Virus record (IMG/VR): IMGVR_UViG_3300010373_000007
Coordinates: 4,792-68,791 of that record
Origin: a virus
Reading direction: 5' to 3' (one strand)
DNA length: 64,000 nt
Part shown: positions 28,057 through 35,829 of the stretch, in pieces
Position numbering within the stretch: position 1 is the stretch's first letter
How the letters are laid out: each line of letters opens with the position of its first letter
Notes under the pieces: model-generated
Told to the model about the DNA's origin: nothing
What the model saw: the letters and a program-made list of their open reading frames with translations, nothing else
Databases searched by the model: none
Translations under genes and position numbers: made by a program

Positions 28057-28629
28057 CTACTCCTCGTCGCTCGCTGCGGCCTCGGCGACCTGAGCCGCCA
28101 CTCGGGCGCGGGCGGCCTCCAGGAGCTGCGCGGCGCGCGCGCGGCGCTCCCCGGATGTCAGGACCACCGCAGTGGCCGTCGACTCGGTCTGGATGGGGCC
28201 GCCGCCCTCGCCGGCGATGTGCACGACCTTGGCGGCCTCCGTCCCCTCCAGGCGCGACAGGTGGCGCTCCAGCTTGTCCACCTCGCCGTAGAGGCCCTTG
28301 GACACCAGGACCGGCAGCCGCTTGTAGTGCCGCCGGATCGCCCGCTGGCGGGCCACGCGGCGCCCGGGTAGGGGGTCGTCCTTCCAGCGCTGGGTCACCC
28401 GAGCGACATAGTCGTCAACGGTTCGGTCGGGGAGCGGCTCGGCCTCGGCTTGGGCGTCGGCTCCGGCTCCCGGCGGCAACGCCGCGATGGCCAGGACCTT
28501 CCCGTACCGGGCCCGGGGGATGTTCAGCAGCATCGCGTCCTCCAGGGCGTCAACCAGCCGGAGGATCTGAGCCTGACTGCGGGGTGTGCCGTGGGGGACC
28601 TTGGCCGGCGCGACCTTACGCGACTTCAC
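28057..28629 (-). CDS. Terminase small subunit candidate
   Basis: 190 aa, basic N-terminus, immediately upstream of terL. Call is by position. Confidence 0.5.
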   Translation of the reverse strand: MKSRKVAPAKVPHGTPRSQAQILRLVDALEDAMLLNIPRARYGKVLAIAALPPGAGADAQAEAEPLPDRTVDDYVARVTQRWKDDPLPGRRVARQRAIRRHYKRLPVLVSKGLYGEVDKLERHLSRLEGTEAAKVVHIAGEGGGPIQTESTATAVVLTSGERRARAAQLLEAARARVAAQVAEAAASDEE

Positions 28630-28685
28630 GGCTCCAAGGGTAACGCGACGGTCGGGGGACCGTCAATGGATGGCCCGGGGCGCGG

Positions 28686-29087
28686 TCAGCGCCCGGCGTC
28701 CGGGAGCAAGTCCCAGTCGTCGATGCTCGGGACGTACGGGGCCGGGCGGGCGGCCTTGTGGATGGTGCAGGCGCAGCCCAGGCGGCAGCCGGCCTCCGAG
28801 TCGGGGCGGTGGTCGCGGGAGCAAGAGCCGACGCGGTCCCCCTTGGTCATAGCGGCCTTCGGCGGGGGAAGCGTGGCAACGATGCCGCGCCTCGCCTGTT
28901 CGGGCAGCGGGTCGCGGCGCCCGTCCATCCAGCAAGCCTCGCAGCATCCAGCTCCGCCGATGATCCTGCCGTTCTCGTCGCGGTTGAACAGCGCCCTGGA
29001 CGCCGCGGTCATGCAAACGATTCCGACGGCCAAGCGCTGGGTACAGCACCAGTGGATCGAGACCTTCTCCCATTGCTGCATGCCCAT
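28686..29087 (-). CDS. Cys-rich hypothetical protein
   Basis: 133 aa with at least 10 Cys (HWCC, GCCEAC, CRLGCAC). Start uncertain. Confidence 0.4.
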   Translation of the reverse strand: MGMQQWEKVSIHWCCTQRLAVGIVCMTAASRALFNRDENGRIIGGAGCCEACWMDGRRDPLPEQARRGIVATLPPPKAAMTKGDRVGSCSRDHRPDSEAGCRLGCACTIHKAARPAPYVPSIDDWDLLPDAGR

Positions 29088-29134
29088 GTGGATCCTCCTC
29101 GGGGGATACTACGCCGAGCTGGTGACGAGGGCGA

Positions 29135-29365
29135 TCAGGGCGCCGCCCAGTCGAAGTAATTGCAGCAGAACGCATCCGGGTTGGCGATGACCTGCCCGGT
29201 CTTGCCGTCGACGAAGCGATCGTCCCCAGCCTTCTTCCAGCGGTAGCTGGACCGGATGTAGTCGGGGTTCTGGCAGCGGTCGCCATTGGGGGCCGGAGCC
29301 TGGTACTCGCACTTGGAGCAGCAGGAGCCGAGGACGGGGACGCGGATGCCGATGGGGGAGGGCAT
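29135..29365 (-). CDS. Small Cys-rich protein
   Basis: 76 aa, SCCSKC...C...FCC. ATG preceded by GGTTAGAATCTCCCCC with no SD. Confidence 0.5.
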   Translation of the reverse strand: MPSPIGIRVPVLGSCCSKCEYQAPAPNGDRCQNPDYIRSSYRWKKAGDDRFVDGKTGQVIANPDAFCCNYFDWAAP

Positions 29366-29382
29366 GGGGGAGATTCTAACCT

Positions 29383-29748
29383 CTACGGATCCCCCCTGGG
29401 GAGCTGCTCAGGCGCCATAAACACGGCGCATGTCTTCCCGGCTTTCTTCGCCAAGTCGATCGTGTGCTTCGTTCCACGGGACCTGCCGTCCCAGAACGCC
29501 GCGATTGCATCCGCCTTCTCCACGATGGTCACGTTCCGACGGAATCCGGCTGACTTGCCGAGACCTGACCAGTCGGCCGGGTAAACCTCGACAGCGATGC
29601 CCTGCTTCCGCGCCTCAGTCTCGGCGATCCGGTCGACGCCGCGGGCACCGCCAGAAACCAGGACCGTGCCGAAGTCCAGCGCCCGGACGTACCTGCGCAC
29701 CATCTCCATGTCGGCGAACCCCCTGCTTCCTACGACCGCGACCCTCAT
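29383..29748 (-). CDS. SLOG-family protein (DUF2493-like)
   Basis: ATG 29748 in an ATGA overlap, 121 aa. MRVAVVGSRGF...VLVSGGARGVDRIAE...YPADWSGLGKSAGFRRN...AFWDGRSRGT matches the DUF2493 pattern. Confidence 0.7.
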   Translation of the reverse strand: MRVAVVGSRGFADMEMVRRYVRALDFGTVLVSGGARGVDRIAETEARKQGIAVEVYPADWSGLGKSAGFRRNVTIVEKADAIAAFWDGRSRGTKHTIDLAKKAGKTCAVFMAPEQLPRGDP

Positions 29749-30182
29749 CGGATCGGCTCCCTCGGGGTGCAGTCGGGGCAGGCAATCGCCGCATGATGGA
29801 ACGACCGCACGACCTTCGCCCCCCCGCACGTCTCGCACTCCCGGGTGGGGCGGGGCTGGCAATCGGGGCAGCCGAAGCACCGGGGTCCGCCGGCCTTCCC
29901 GCCACGCACCTTGGTACCGCCGCACCCCCGGGTGGAGCTCTCCGGGGGCTGGCGGCAGTTCCCGTACGACCCGTCACCCAGCACCGGCGACCCGCACCGC
30001 TCACACGCTGGGCCTGTGGCCGTCGTGAACAGGCCAGCGCTCCCCGTAGGGCGCGAGGCCAGGGCTTCTTGCTGGGAGATGTAGGCGTCGAGGTCGAGCC
30101 GAGCCACGCGCCTGTCTTCGGCGTCGTTCGAAGTCGTCATCAGGACGGCGAGCTTGGCCTGATCATGCGTTACGGGCTTCAT
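29745..30182 (-). CDS. Protein with DnaJ-type CxxCxGxG zinc-finger repeats
   Basis: 145 aa. CERCGS, CGGTKVRGG, CFGCPDC, CETCGGAK and CPDC. Confidence 0.6.
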   Translation of the reverse strand: MKPVTHDQAKLAVLMTTSNDAEDRRVARLDLDAYISQQEALASRPTGSAGLFTTATGPACERCGSPVLGDGSYGNCRQPPESSTRGCGGTKVRGGKAGGPRCFGCPDCQPRPTRECETCGGAKVVRSFHHAAIACPDCTPREPIR

Positions 30183-30499
30183 CGGGTCTCCGTGGCGAGC
30201 CGGAACCTCACGCGAGCCGGGTCCAGGAACGCCGCCAGCCGAGCCAGCGACATCCCGACGGTCAGACCCTCGGGAGAGCTTCCGGTGATGAACAGCTCCC
30301 ATGGGCCGCCGTCGACGGACCACTCTACGACCCGGCCAAGCAGGGTCTCGCGGGCCGCCCAGCGTAAGTCGTGTTGCTTCTCCAGCACGCCCAGAATCAA
30401 CCGCGTGTCGTCGTAGTAGTTCTGTCCCGCCCGGCTGTCGACGAGGGCATTCAGGATGGCTTGGGCAAGCGGGGAGTTTGGCACGGTGTCAGCGTTCAT
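30179..30499 (-). CDS. Hypothetical protein
   Basis: 106 aa, ATGA-coupled at both ends. Confidence 0.55.
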   Translation of the reverse strand: MNADTVPNSPLAQAILNALVDSRAGQNYYDDTRLILGVLEKQHDLRWAARETLLGRVVEWSVDGGPWELFITGSSPEGLTVGMSLARLAAFLDPARVRFRLATETR

Positions 30500-30879
30500 C
30501 GGTCGGTCTCCTTCTCTTCGGGGCGTAGGTCCAGGAAGGCACGTACGCGGTGCCTCCAGCACGGAGCATCGGGATGCCAGCAGGCCCTTGACCTACTGGT
30601 CATGCACCCGCCGCCGAGGTCATCGGCCTCCAATAGCCCCCGCGCCGCGACGAGGGCGGACTCTGCGGCTTCCCGGTCGACGTGCTCGCCGCCGTATCGG
30701 ACTGCCACGTCGTGCAGCAGTCCCCTCGCCTCCGCAAGCTCTCCCTGGAGGCGCAGGACGTCGGACTCTACCTCTCCGAGGCGCTGGGTTAGGGAGGCGA
30801 CTTGGGCGCGGGCCATTCGCAGCGCACCGGCCAGCACGCGCGTGTCCTCGGTTGCCAAGTCGTCATCGCTCGTCTCCAT
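30496..30879 (-). CDS. Hypothetical coiled-coil protein
   Basis: 127 aa. ATG 30879 preceded by AGGAGG. Confidence 0.55.
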   Translation of the reverse strand: METSDDDLATEDTRVLAGALRMARAQVASLTQRLGEVESDVLRLQGELAEARGLLHDVAVRYGGEHVDREAAESALVAARGLLEADDLGGGCMTSRSRACWHPDAPCWRHRVRAFLDLRPEEKETDR

Positions 30880-30880
30880 G

Positions 30881-31657
30881 TCAGCGGCCCTCCTTCGGCT
30901 GTACTGGGGGGTGAGTGGCGAGGGAGCGGATGCGGGCCAGGAAGGCATCGGCGCCAGCAAGACCGGCCTTGGCTTTTCCGGTCGCGTCGACCATCTGGTT
31001 GTAGACGGCGAGCGACGGTGGGCCGGCGCCGTTCACCTGATGCCAGTAGGCATCGAATGCGGCGACGAGCCCGCTCAAGTCGCCCTGCACCTTCTCGAAG
31101 AACGCCAGGGTTTCGTTGACCGCCCCGGCCCAGCTTGCAGCGGTCTCCGCTCGTACCCGCTCCAACTCGGCGGTGTGAGCGGCGCGGTCGGCTTCGAGGG
31201 ATGCGGTCCAGGCGGCGTCCCGGGCGATGATTGCGTCTGTCAACCGACGAACCCTCAATAGCCCGCTGTGGTCGCGCACCATTTCCTCGTAGAGCTGTTC
31301 GGCGAGTTCCAGCGGCTCCCTCGTCCCCATCCCTGCCCCGTCCCCGGCTCCCCGCGGCTTCCCGTAGTGCCTCTCCCAGCACGCATCGCAGACGGTGAAC
31401 ACGGTTCCGCCCTCGGCCTTCGTACGCGGTTTGCCGCAGTCGGCACAGGGGTACGTCTCGTCGTCTCCGGCTCCTGGGCTGGGAGTGCGGCGGTTCCACT
31501 TTTTTACCGCGTGAGGTCCGACCGAATGCGATCCGCCGCGGGCGAGGCAGTTCGCGCACTCGACGTAGGCGGTGTTGAAGTCGTGGACCAACGCCCGCAC
31601 CTCGGACCCGCAAAACGGACAAGGGGCCAGCGCTCCTGGCGTCCTGGTGGTGGTCAT
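30881..31657 (-). CDS. Lar-like (restriction alleviation family) zinc-ribbon protein with second zinc ribbon and coiled-coil extension
   Basis: N-terminus CPFCGSEVRAL...YVECANCLARGGSH...AVKKWNRR fits the Lar family signature. Followed by CADCG...CDAC and a helical C-terminal half. Confidence 0.6.
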   Translation of the reverse strand: MTTTRTPGALAPCPFCGSEVRALVHDFNTAYVECANCLARGGSHSVGPHAVKKWNRRTPSPGAGDDETYPCADCGKPRTKAEGGTVFTVCDACWERHYGKPRGAGDGAGMGTREPLELAEQLYEEMVRDHSGLLRVRRLTDAIIARDAAWTASLEADRAAHTAELERVRAETAASWAGAVNETLAFFEKVQGDLSGLVAAFDAYWHQVNGAGPPSLAVYNQMVDATGKAKAGLAGADAFLARIRSLATHPPVQPKEGR

Positions 31658-31845
31658 GCTGCCCTCGCACGGGTAAGCGGGTCACGTACGATTTCCAGGC
31701 CATGCTTCGCGGCCCATTTTGCTATCCGCTTGTTCGCGGCCCGAGTTTCCGAATCGGACAGAAGGCCGTGAACGCTCAAGAGCATCCACGCGTCCATGAA
31801 TCGTTTTCCCAGCGCCAGCGCTCGCTTCTTCTCGTCGTCGCCCAT
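31654..31845 (-). CDS. Hypothetical small protein
   Basis: 63 aa, coupled to the next gene. Confidence 0.45.
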   Translation of the reverse strand: MGDDEKKRALALGKRFMDAWMLLSVHGLLSDSETRAANKRIAKWAAKHGLEIVRDPLTRARAA

Positions 31846-31846
31846 C

Positions 31847-32062
31847 TCATCCCTCCTTCCTCTCAGTAGTAGACGCAGGGGTGCCCGCTGGACGATGAAC
31901 CGGGCATAGAACCTCTCCCGGTCGCTTCGTCGCGGGGGTCGTCATCCACGTCATCCATCCCTCTGATTCAGCTCGCGCCATGTCCGTCGAGGCTGAGCAC
32001 AGAACCTGTCGCGCGAATCGATCGACGTAGGCGGTACATTTGAGCGGCCAAGGTTCACCCAC
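31847..32062 (-). CDS. Hypothetical small protein
   Basis: 71 aa. Confidence 0.4.
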   Translation of the reverse strand: MGEPWPLKCTAYVDRFARQVLCSASTDMARAESEGWMTWMTTPATKRPGEVLCPVHRPAGTPASTTERKEG

Positions 32063-32453
32063 GGTTCACGTCCTTCCTCTCGGCCGTAGACACAGGGGTG
32101 CCGAAGAGCAGGCCCTCCAAGCCCTGTAGCGCTTCGTCGATTATCCTGCTTCGGGCGCCAAGCGACAGTTCGGGCAACTCGTTCTCCAGCGCGTCGTCGA
32201 GCGCCTCGACCGCCTCATGGGATTCGGCCAGCCCCTCTCGGTTCCCCGCTGCGGCCAGGGCACGGCGAGCGATGGCCCCGCGGCAATCCCCCTCCTCGCT
32301 CCAGTTCGGCTCCGCGTCGCAGTATTCGACCCAGCGGAGACAGGCGGGGCAGCACCTACGGCCGCCATACTCGTCGTCGAAGCCGCACGCCTCCAGCGCA
32401 CCAATGAGCCCCTGAACGAAGTCACGGGAGGAGATCATACGAACATCCGGCAT
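32055..32453 (-). CDS. Hypothetical protein
   Basis: 132 aa, with a CCPAC...C...C cluster. Confidence 0.5.
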   Translation of the reverse strand: MPDVRMISSRDFVQGLIGALEACGFDDEYGGRRCCPACLRWVEYCDAEPNWSEEGDCRGAIARRALAAAGNREGLAESHEAVEALDDALENELPELSLGARSRIIDEALQGLEGLLFGTPVSTAERKDVNRG

Positions 32454-32710
32454 GGCGCCTTCTCCTCTCCGTCGATGTTGTGCTCCAGCTCCAGGTAGCT
32501 ACAGGACCGGCACGCGCGCCCGAAGCTGCGGATCATTTCTGTGGCCTCGCGCCGGAAAACCTCGCCGGAGCCGTACGACCACGTAGCCGCCAGAACTGCC
32601 TGCCGACCGCGTCTGGGGTCCCAGTTGACCGATTGGAATCCGTCGGTGCTGGTCCAGGCTCGATAGGTCCCGTTCGGCTGCCGCTCAAACGTAATCCTGG
32701 CTTCAGCCAT
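32435..32710 (-). CDS. Hypothetical protein
   Basis: 91 aa. Confidence 0.5.
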   Translation of the reverse strand: MAEARITFERQPNGTYRAWTSTDGFQSVNWDPRRGRQAVLAATWSYGSGEVFRREATEMIRSFGRACRSCSYLELEHNIDGEEKAPCRMFV

Positions 32711-33299
32711 TGCGTCCCTCCCCGAGGTACTCGCGCTCGGCCGCCTTGAGCCCCGTCAGTATCTCCTCGCCGGTGTACTGCACGTTCGAGTAGAACTTCC
32801 ACTTCACCCGCTCCAGTACTTCCCGTACAAGGCGTTCCCCGTGGCACACGATGAACTCACGCACTTCATGAGCCGGATAGACGCCCTCTGGCCGCAGCCC
32901 CACCTCGCCTGCCAGCTCCCTCGCCCGTGAGACTGGAGCGGGAGCGGGTTCGGGCTTGAGGCGGAAGTCCCAGGCGCCGCGAGAGATGTCCTTCGGCGAA
33001 AAGGCGTCGAAGTCATTCATGTCGACCCACGTCCCGCCAGTGGCCACGTAACGGCATTCCACCTTGCGCCCGGCAGCGATGTCCTCGCACGCCTGCAAGA
33101 ATTTCGCACGCGTCAGCTCCCCGTCCGCCTTGGCTGGGTGCAGGGAGCCATTTGGATTCCGAACGCATCCGCTTTGGCAAAGACATGGCAGCACACCTTC
33201 CTCTGTCTGAAAACATTTCAGGCCACGTCCGCACATCCAGCCGTGCTTGGCATGGGTTCGGATTTCCCCGCACCACTTCTCGCACACCTTCGTCTCCAT
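32703..33299 (-). CDS. Hypothetical protein with Cys-rich N-terminus
   Basis: 198 aa. Start lies within the repeated junction GGGTAGGACCCCATGG. Confidence 0.6.
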   Translation of the reverse strand: METKVCEKWCGEIRTHAKHGWMCGRGLKCFQTEEGVLPCLCQSGCVRNPNGSLHPAKADGELTRAKFLQACEDIAAGRKVECRYVATGGTWVDMNDFDAFSPKDISRGAWDFRLKPEPAPAPVSRARELAGEVGLRPEGVYPAHEVREFIVCHGERLVREVLERVKWKFYSNVQYTGEEILTGLKAAEREYLGEGRNG

Positions 33300-33311
33300 G
33301 GGGTCCTACCC
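33296..33311. repeat. 16-bp direct repeat, copy 1 (CCATGGGGTCCTACCC)
   Basis: Identical to 33710..33725. Contains the MazG-like stop (TAG) and the next ATG. Confidence 0.8.
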
Positions 33312-33713
33312 GACGCGAACGGTGATTTTCGATCCGGCCCGCTCGCTCACCATGTTGAAGGTCTTACCGAGCAGGGTCTCCAGGTCCATGCACCCAACGT
33401 TGCTGGCCACGAGGGACAGGTACGTCATGGCGTCCGCGACCGCGTCGAGCACGTCGTCGTTCGTCAGGTGCGCCTTGCGCTTCTTCTCGCCGGTCACGCC
33501 GAGCACCGCCGCCGCCAGCTCGCCGACCTCCTCTTGCACGCACGCCACTAGCGCCATCAGCGGGTGAGGCGGCGCGAACGCTTCCCGCTGGCGCTCGTAG
33601 TTTGCGCGGTGAAACTCGTTGAGGTGAAACTCTCTCTGGCATCCGTAACCCATCTCGGCCTCCTTTGCTTTCTGTCCAACAATCGCGTTCCAACCTCGTT
33701 CGTCGCCGCCCAT
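33306..33713 (-). CDS. MazG-like nucleotide pyrophosphohydrolase
   Basis: ...LVACVQEEVGELAAAVLG...DVLDAVADAMTYL... is an EExxE-type MazG helix pair. An alternative start at 33653 is preceded by AAGGAGG. Confidence 0.65.
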   Translation of the reverse strand: MGGDERGWNAIVGQKAKEAEMGYGCQREFHLNEFHRANYERQREAFAPPHPLMALVACVQEEVGELAAAVLGVTGEKKRKAHLTNDDVLDAVADAMTYLSLVASNVGCMDLETLLGKTFNMVSERAGSKITVRVG

Positions 33714-33725
33714 GGGGTCCTACCC
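33710..33725. repeat. 16-bp direct repeat, copy 2
   Basis: Identical to 33296..33311. Here the TAG closes a 12-codon mini-ORF that is ATGA-coupled to the pentapeptide gene stop. Confidence 0.8.
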
Positions 33726-33754
33726 TCCCTTCCTAGTCGTTGGGTCTGTCGTGG

Positions 33755-34621
33755 TCATGGGTTCACGGGGGTCCCGGCACACCGCTTGATGTCCTCCAGG
33801 GCGGCGGTGTTTGTGGCGTAGAAGTGCGGGGCGCGACCGGTGGAGGCTAGGTAGATCATCCGCCCCGCAACGGCCGAGTCGTACTTGACCTCCAGTTCAT
33901 AGCCGGGCTTCCCCGCGAGATGAATCGCCCACCCGGCGCGGCAATGGGTCGTTTCGCAGGAGTGCCAGTTGCCCATCTCCAGCTTGCCTTCACCGGACTC
34001 GATGACCGCTAGGATCTTCGCGTCGAGCGCTTCGACCACGGGAACGTCTGGGTGTTTCTCGCGGTAGCGCCTTGCCCGCTCCGCCGCCGTCCTGGCGCGG
34101 TTCGCCTCCCATTCTTCGCGGGTCTTCCGGGGCTGCGGCGCGCGGGCCAGGTCCGCGCCGGCCAGGTCCGCGCCGGCCAGGTACGCGTCGGCCAGGTCCG
34201 CGCGGGCCAGGTCCGCGCCGGCCAGGTCCGCGCCGGCCAGGTACGCGTCGGCCAGGTCCGCGCGGGCCAGGTTCGCGCCGGCCAGGTCCGCGCGGGCCAG
34301 GTTCGCGCCGGCCAGGTTCGCGCCGGCCAGGTCCGCGCCGGCCAGGTACGCGTCGGCCAGGTCCGCGTCGGCCAGGTTCGCGCCGACCAGGTCCGCGCCG
34401 GCCAGGTACGCGTCGGCCAGGTCCGCGCGGGCCAGGTTCGCGCGGGCCAGGTCCGCGCCGGCCAGGTCCGCGCCGGCCAGGTACGCGTCGGCCAGGTCCG
34501 CGCGGGCCAGGTTCGCGCCGGCCAGGTCCGCGCGGGCGCCAGATCGGCCACCGCTCGCCCGCCACTCCTTGTGCGCGGCCAGAATCTTCGTTAGTTGGTC
34601 CTTGCTAATGGTCATCATCAC
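33755..34621 (-). CDS. Pentapeptide-repeat protein with distinct C-terminal domain
   Basis: 288 aa. Has 26 consecutive A(D/N)LxG/A-type pentapeptides (ARADL AGANL ADAYL ...). C-terminal part includes GNWHSCETTHCRAGWAIHLAG. Confidence 0.9.
   Translation of the reverse strand: MMMTISKDQLTKILAAHKEWRASGGRSGARADLAGANLARADLADAYLAGADLAGADLARANLARADLADAYLAGADLVGANLADADLADAYLAGADLAGANLAGANLARADLAGANLARADLADAYLAGADLAGADLARADLADAYLAGADLAGADLARAPQPRKTREEWEANRARTAAERARRYREKHPDVPVVEALDAKILAVIESGEGKLEMGNWHSCETTHCRAGWAIHLAGKPGYELEVKYDSAVAGRMIYLASTGRAPHFYATNTAALEDIKRCAGTPVNP
34148..34537. repeat. 15-bp periodic coding repeat array with exact long internal duplications
   Basis: Printed 60-mers 34141-34200, 34201-34260 and 34441-34500 are identical. 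Identity continues so that 34201-34296 matches 34441-34536. Confidence 0.85.
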
Positions 34622-34699
34622 TCTCCTCCTTGCTTGCGTCTCAGCGGGGCGTCCATGGTCCGCGCGGGTTGATAGGTAATCGCTGCGCGCGGGGTGCTA

Positions 34700-35035
34700 C
34701 TAGACGCGCGGCGGCTCGAACCAGCAGCCCGCCTTGTCGGTGGAGTCGGCGATGACCTGGCCGCGCGAGGTGGCCCAGTATTCGTCCGAGCCGTCGAGGA
34801 ACACGCGCAGGTTCGACGTGCCGACGTCGCTGGGCTGGAACACCCGCACGATCATCGCGGGGTAGACGTCGCCGGCCGCGACCGGGTTGCCGATGTGCGC
34901 CTGCGCTCCGATGGGCCACCGACCGGCCTCGATGCGCTGGGCGATGGCGACTTCGGTGGTGCGGCGGCGCGTGATTTCGGCGGCGTCCTGCTCGGTCAGC
35001 ATGTAGTGAACGATTCTTCCCGGCGATGGCGTCAT
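34700..35035 (-). CDS. Hypothetical protein
   Basis: 111 aa, protein-like. First gene after the 311-nt non-coding region. Confidence 0.55.
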   Translation of the reverse strand: MTPSPGRIVHYMLTEQDAAEITRRRTTEVAIAQRIEAGRWPIGAQAHIGNPVAAGDVYPAMIVRVFQPSDVGTSNLRVFLDGSDEYWATSRGQVIADSTDKAGCWFEPPRV

Positions 35036-35149
35036 GGTCTGTCCTTTCTGTTCTTGGGCGTGTTGGCTGGGTTAGGCACCGAAATCCGTTTCAGTCCCCC
35101 GCTTGCGTCTCATACGGGGGTCTCCGTGTGCTGCCGTTGTCACGATCCT

Positions 35150-35159
35150 AGGTTACGCC
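35150..35159 (-). promoter_or_regulatory. GGCGTAACCT box
   Basis: Inside the 311-nt gap. A GTG follows after 9 nt, opening only a short ORF. The annotated start 35035 lies 118 nt downstream. Confidence 0.35.
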
Positions 35160-35346
35160 GGCGGCGCAGCGGAGCGAGGACAGGCGACCGCCCTAGATCC
35201 GGGTTCCACGCGGTCGCCCACAAGGTGGGGCAGGCGCGTCAGGTAGGCCGGCCAGTCACGGAGCCTGCACGCCTTCCCCGGAGCGGCACCACACTACTCG
35301 CACGGCTCATCATCCCGGCGCCGGCGGACGTTCACGACGTCCTTGT

Positions 35347-35829
35347 TCACTGCGTCCCTGTAGCGGCGAGTTGCTCGACCATGACGTTGACGGCGGAAAA
35401 CCGCGCCGTGCCGCGCGCTGGCCCCAGGAAATGGAGCACTTCGATCGCCTCGATGATCCGCCCCATCCCAGACCGCGCGTAGAGGGCTGCCTCCCCGGCG
35501 ATGGCTGAGAGGAGCTGGCCACGCTGGGCCCGGCAGTCGGCGGGGAGCTTCTCGTGCCCCAGGACGAGGAGGCGGTGCCCAGAGCGCGCCTCGGTGTAGA
35601 GCCGACCAACGGCGGCCAAGTCGGGCGAGGGGCCGAGGTCGGCGCGGCGCTCGTACCCGACGCCCCGGACGCCCAGGAGCGTCTCCAGGCGCTCGGCGCC
35701 GAATCCGGGGGTGCGGACCTGCTTCGGGCGGAGGTCGACGACCCGGGAGACGCGGTGGCGCGTGACGAGGCGCAGGAGGTTGTCCGTGGTCGAGCCCTCG
35801 CAGCCCCAGGATAGGATCGCTCCGGTCAT
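35347..35829 (-). CDS. DUF488-family protein
   Basis: ATG 35829 in an ATGA overlap, 160 aa. ...VSRVVDLRPKQVRTPGFGAERLETLLGVRGVGYERRADLG... fits the DUF488 pattern. Confidence 0.65.
   Translation of the reverse strand: MTGAILSWGCEGSTTDNLLRLVTRHRVSRVVDLRPKQVRTPGFGAERLETLLGVRGVGYERRADLGPSPDLAAVGRLYTEARSGHRLLVLGHEKLPADCRAQRGQLLSAIAGEAALYARSGMGRIIEAIEVLHFLGPARGTARFSAVNVMVEQLAATGTQ

Noticed and set aside
34141-34540. Possible CRISPR array or satellite, because of the regular short repeats
   Set aside because: The period is 15 bp with no unique spacers. The region is fully in frame inside a 288-codon gene, and no cas genes are nearby.
34009-34608. Several 178-191-aa ORFs on both strands with WPARTWP or GPGRRGP periodic sequences
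   Set aside because: They are alternative-frame readings of the 15-bp pentapeptide-repeat array. Only the A(D/N)LxX frame extends into non-repetitive N- and C-terminal domains.
35036-35346. tRNA or tmRNA in the large gaps (also 47934-48181 and 57008-57185)
   Set aside because: I found no GTTCRANYC T-loop with matching acceptor or anticodon stems when folding by eye. This needs tRNAscan/Infernal to be certain.
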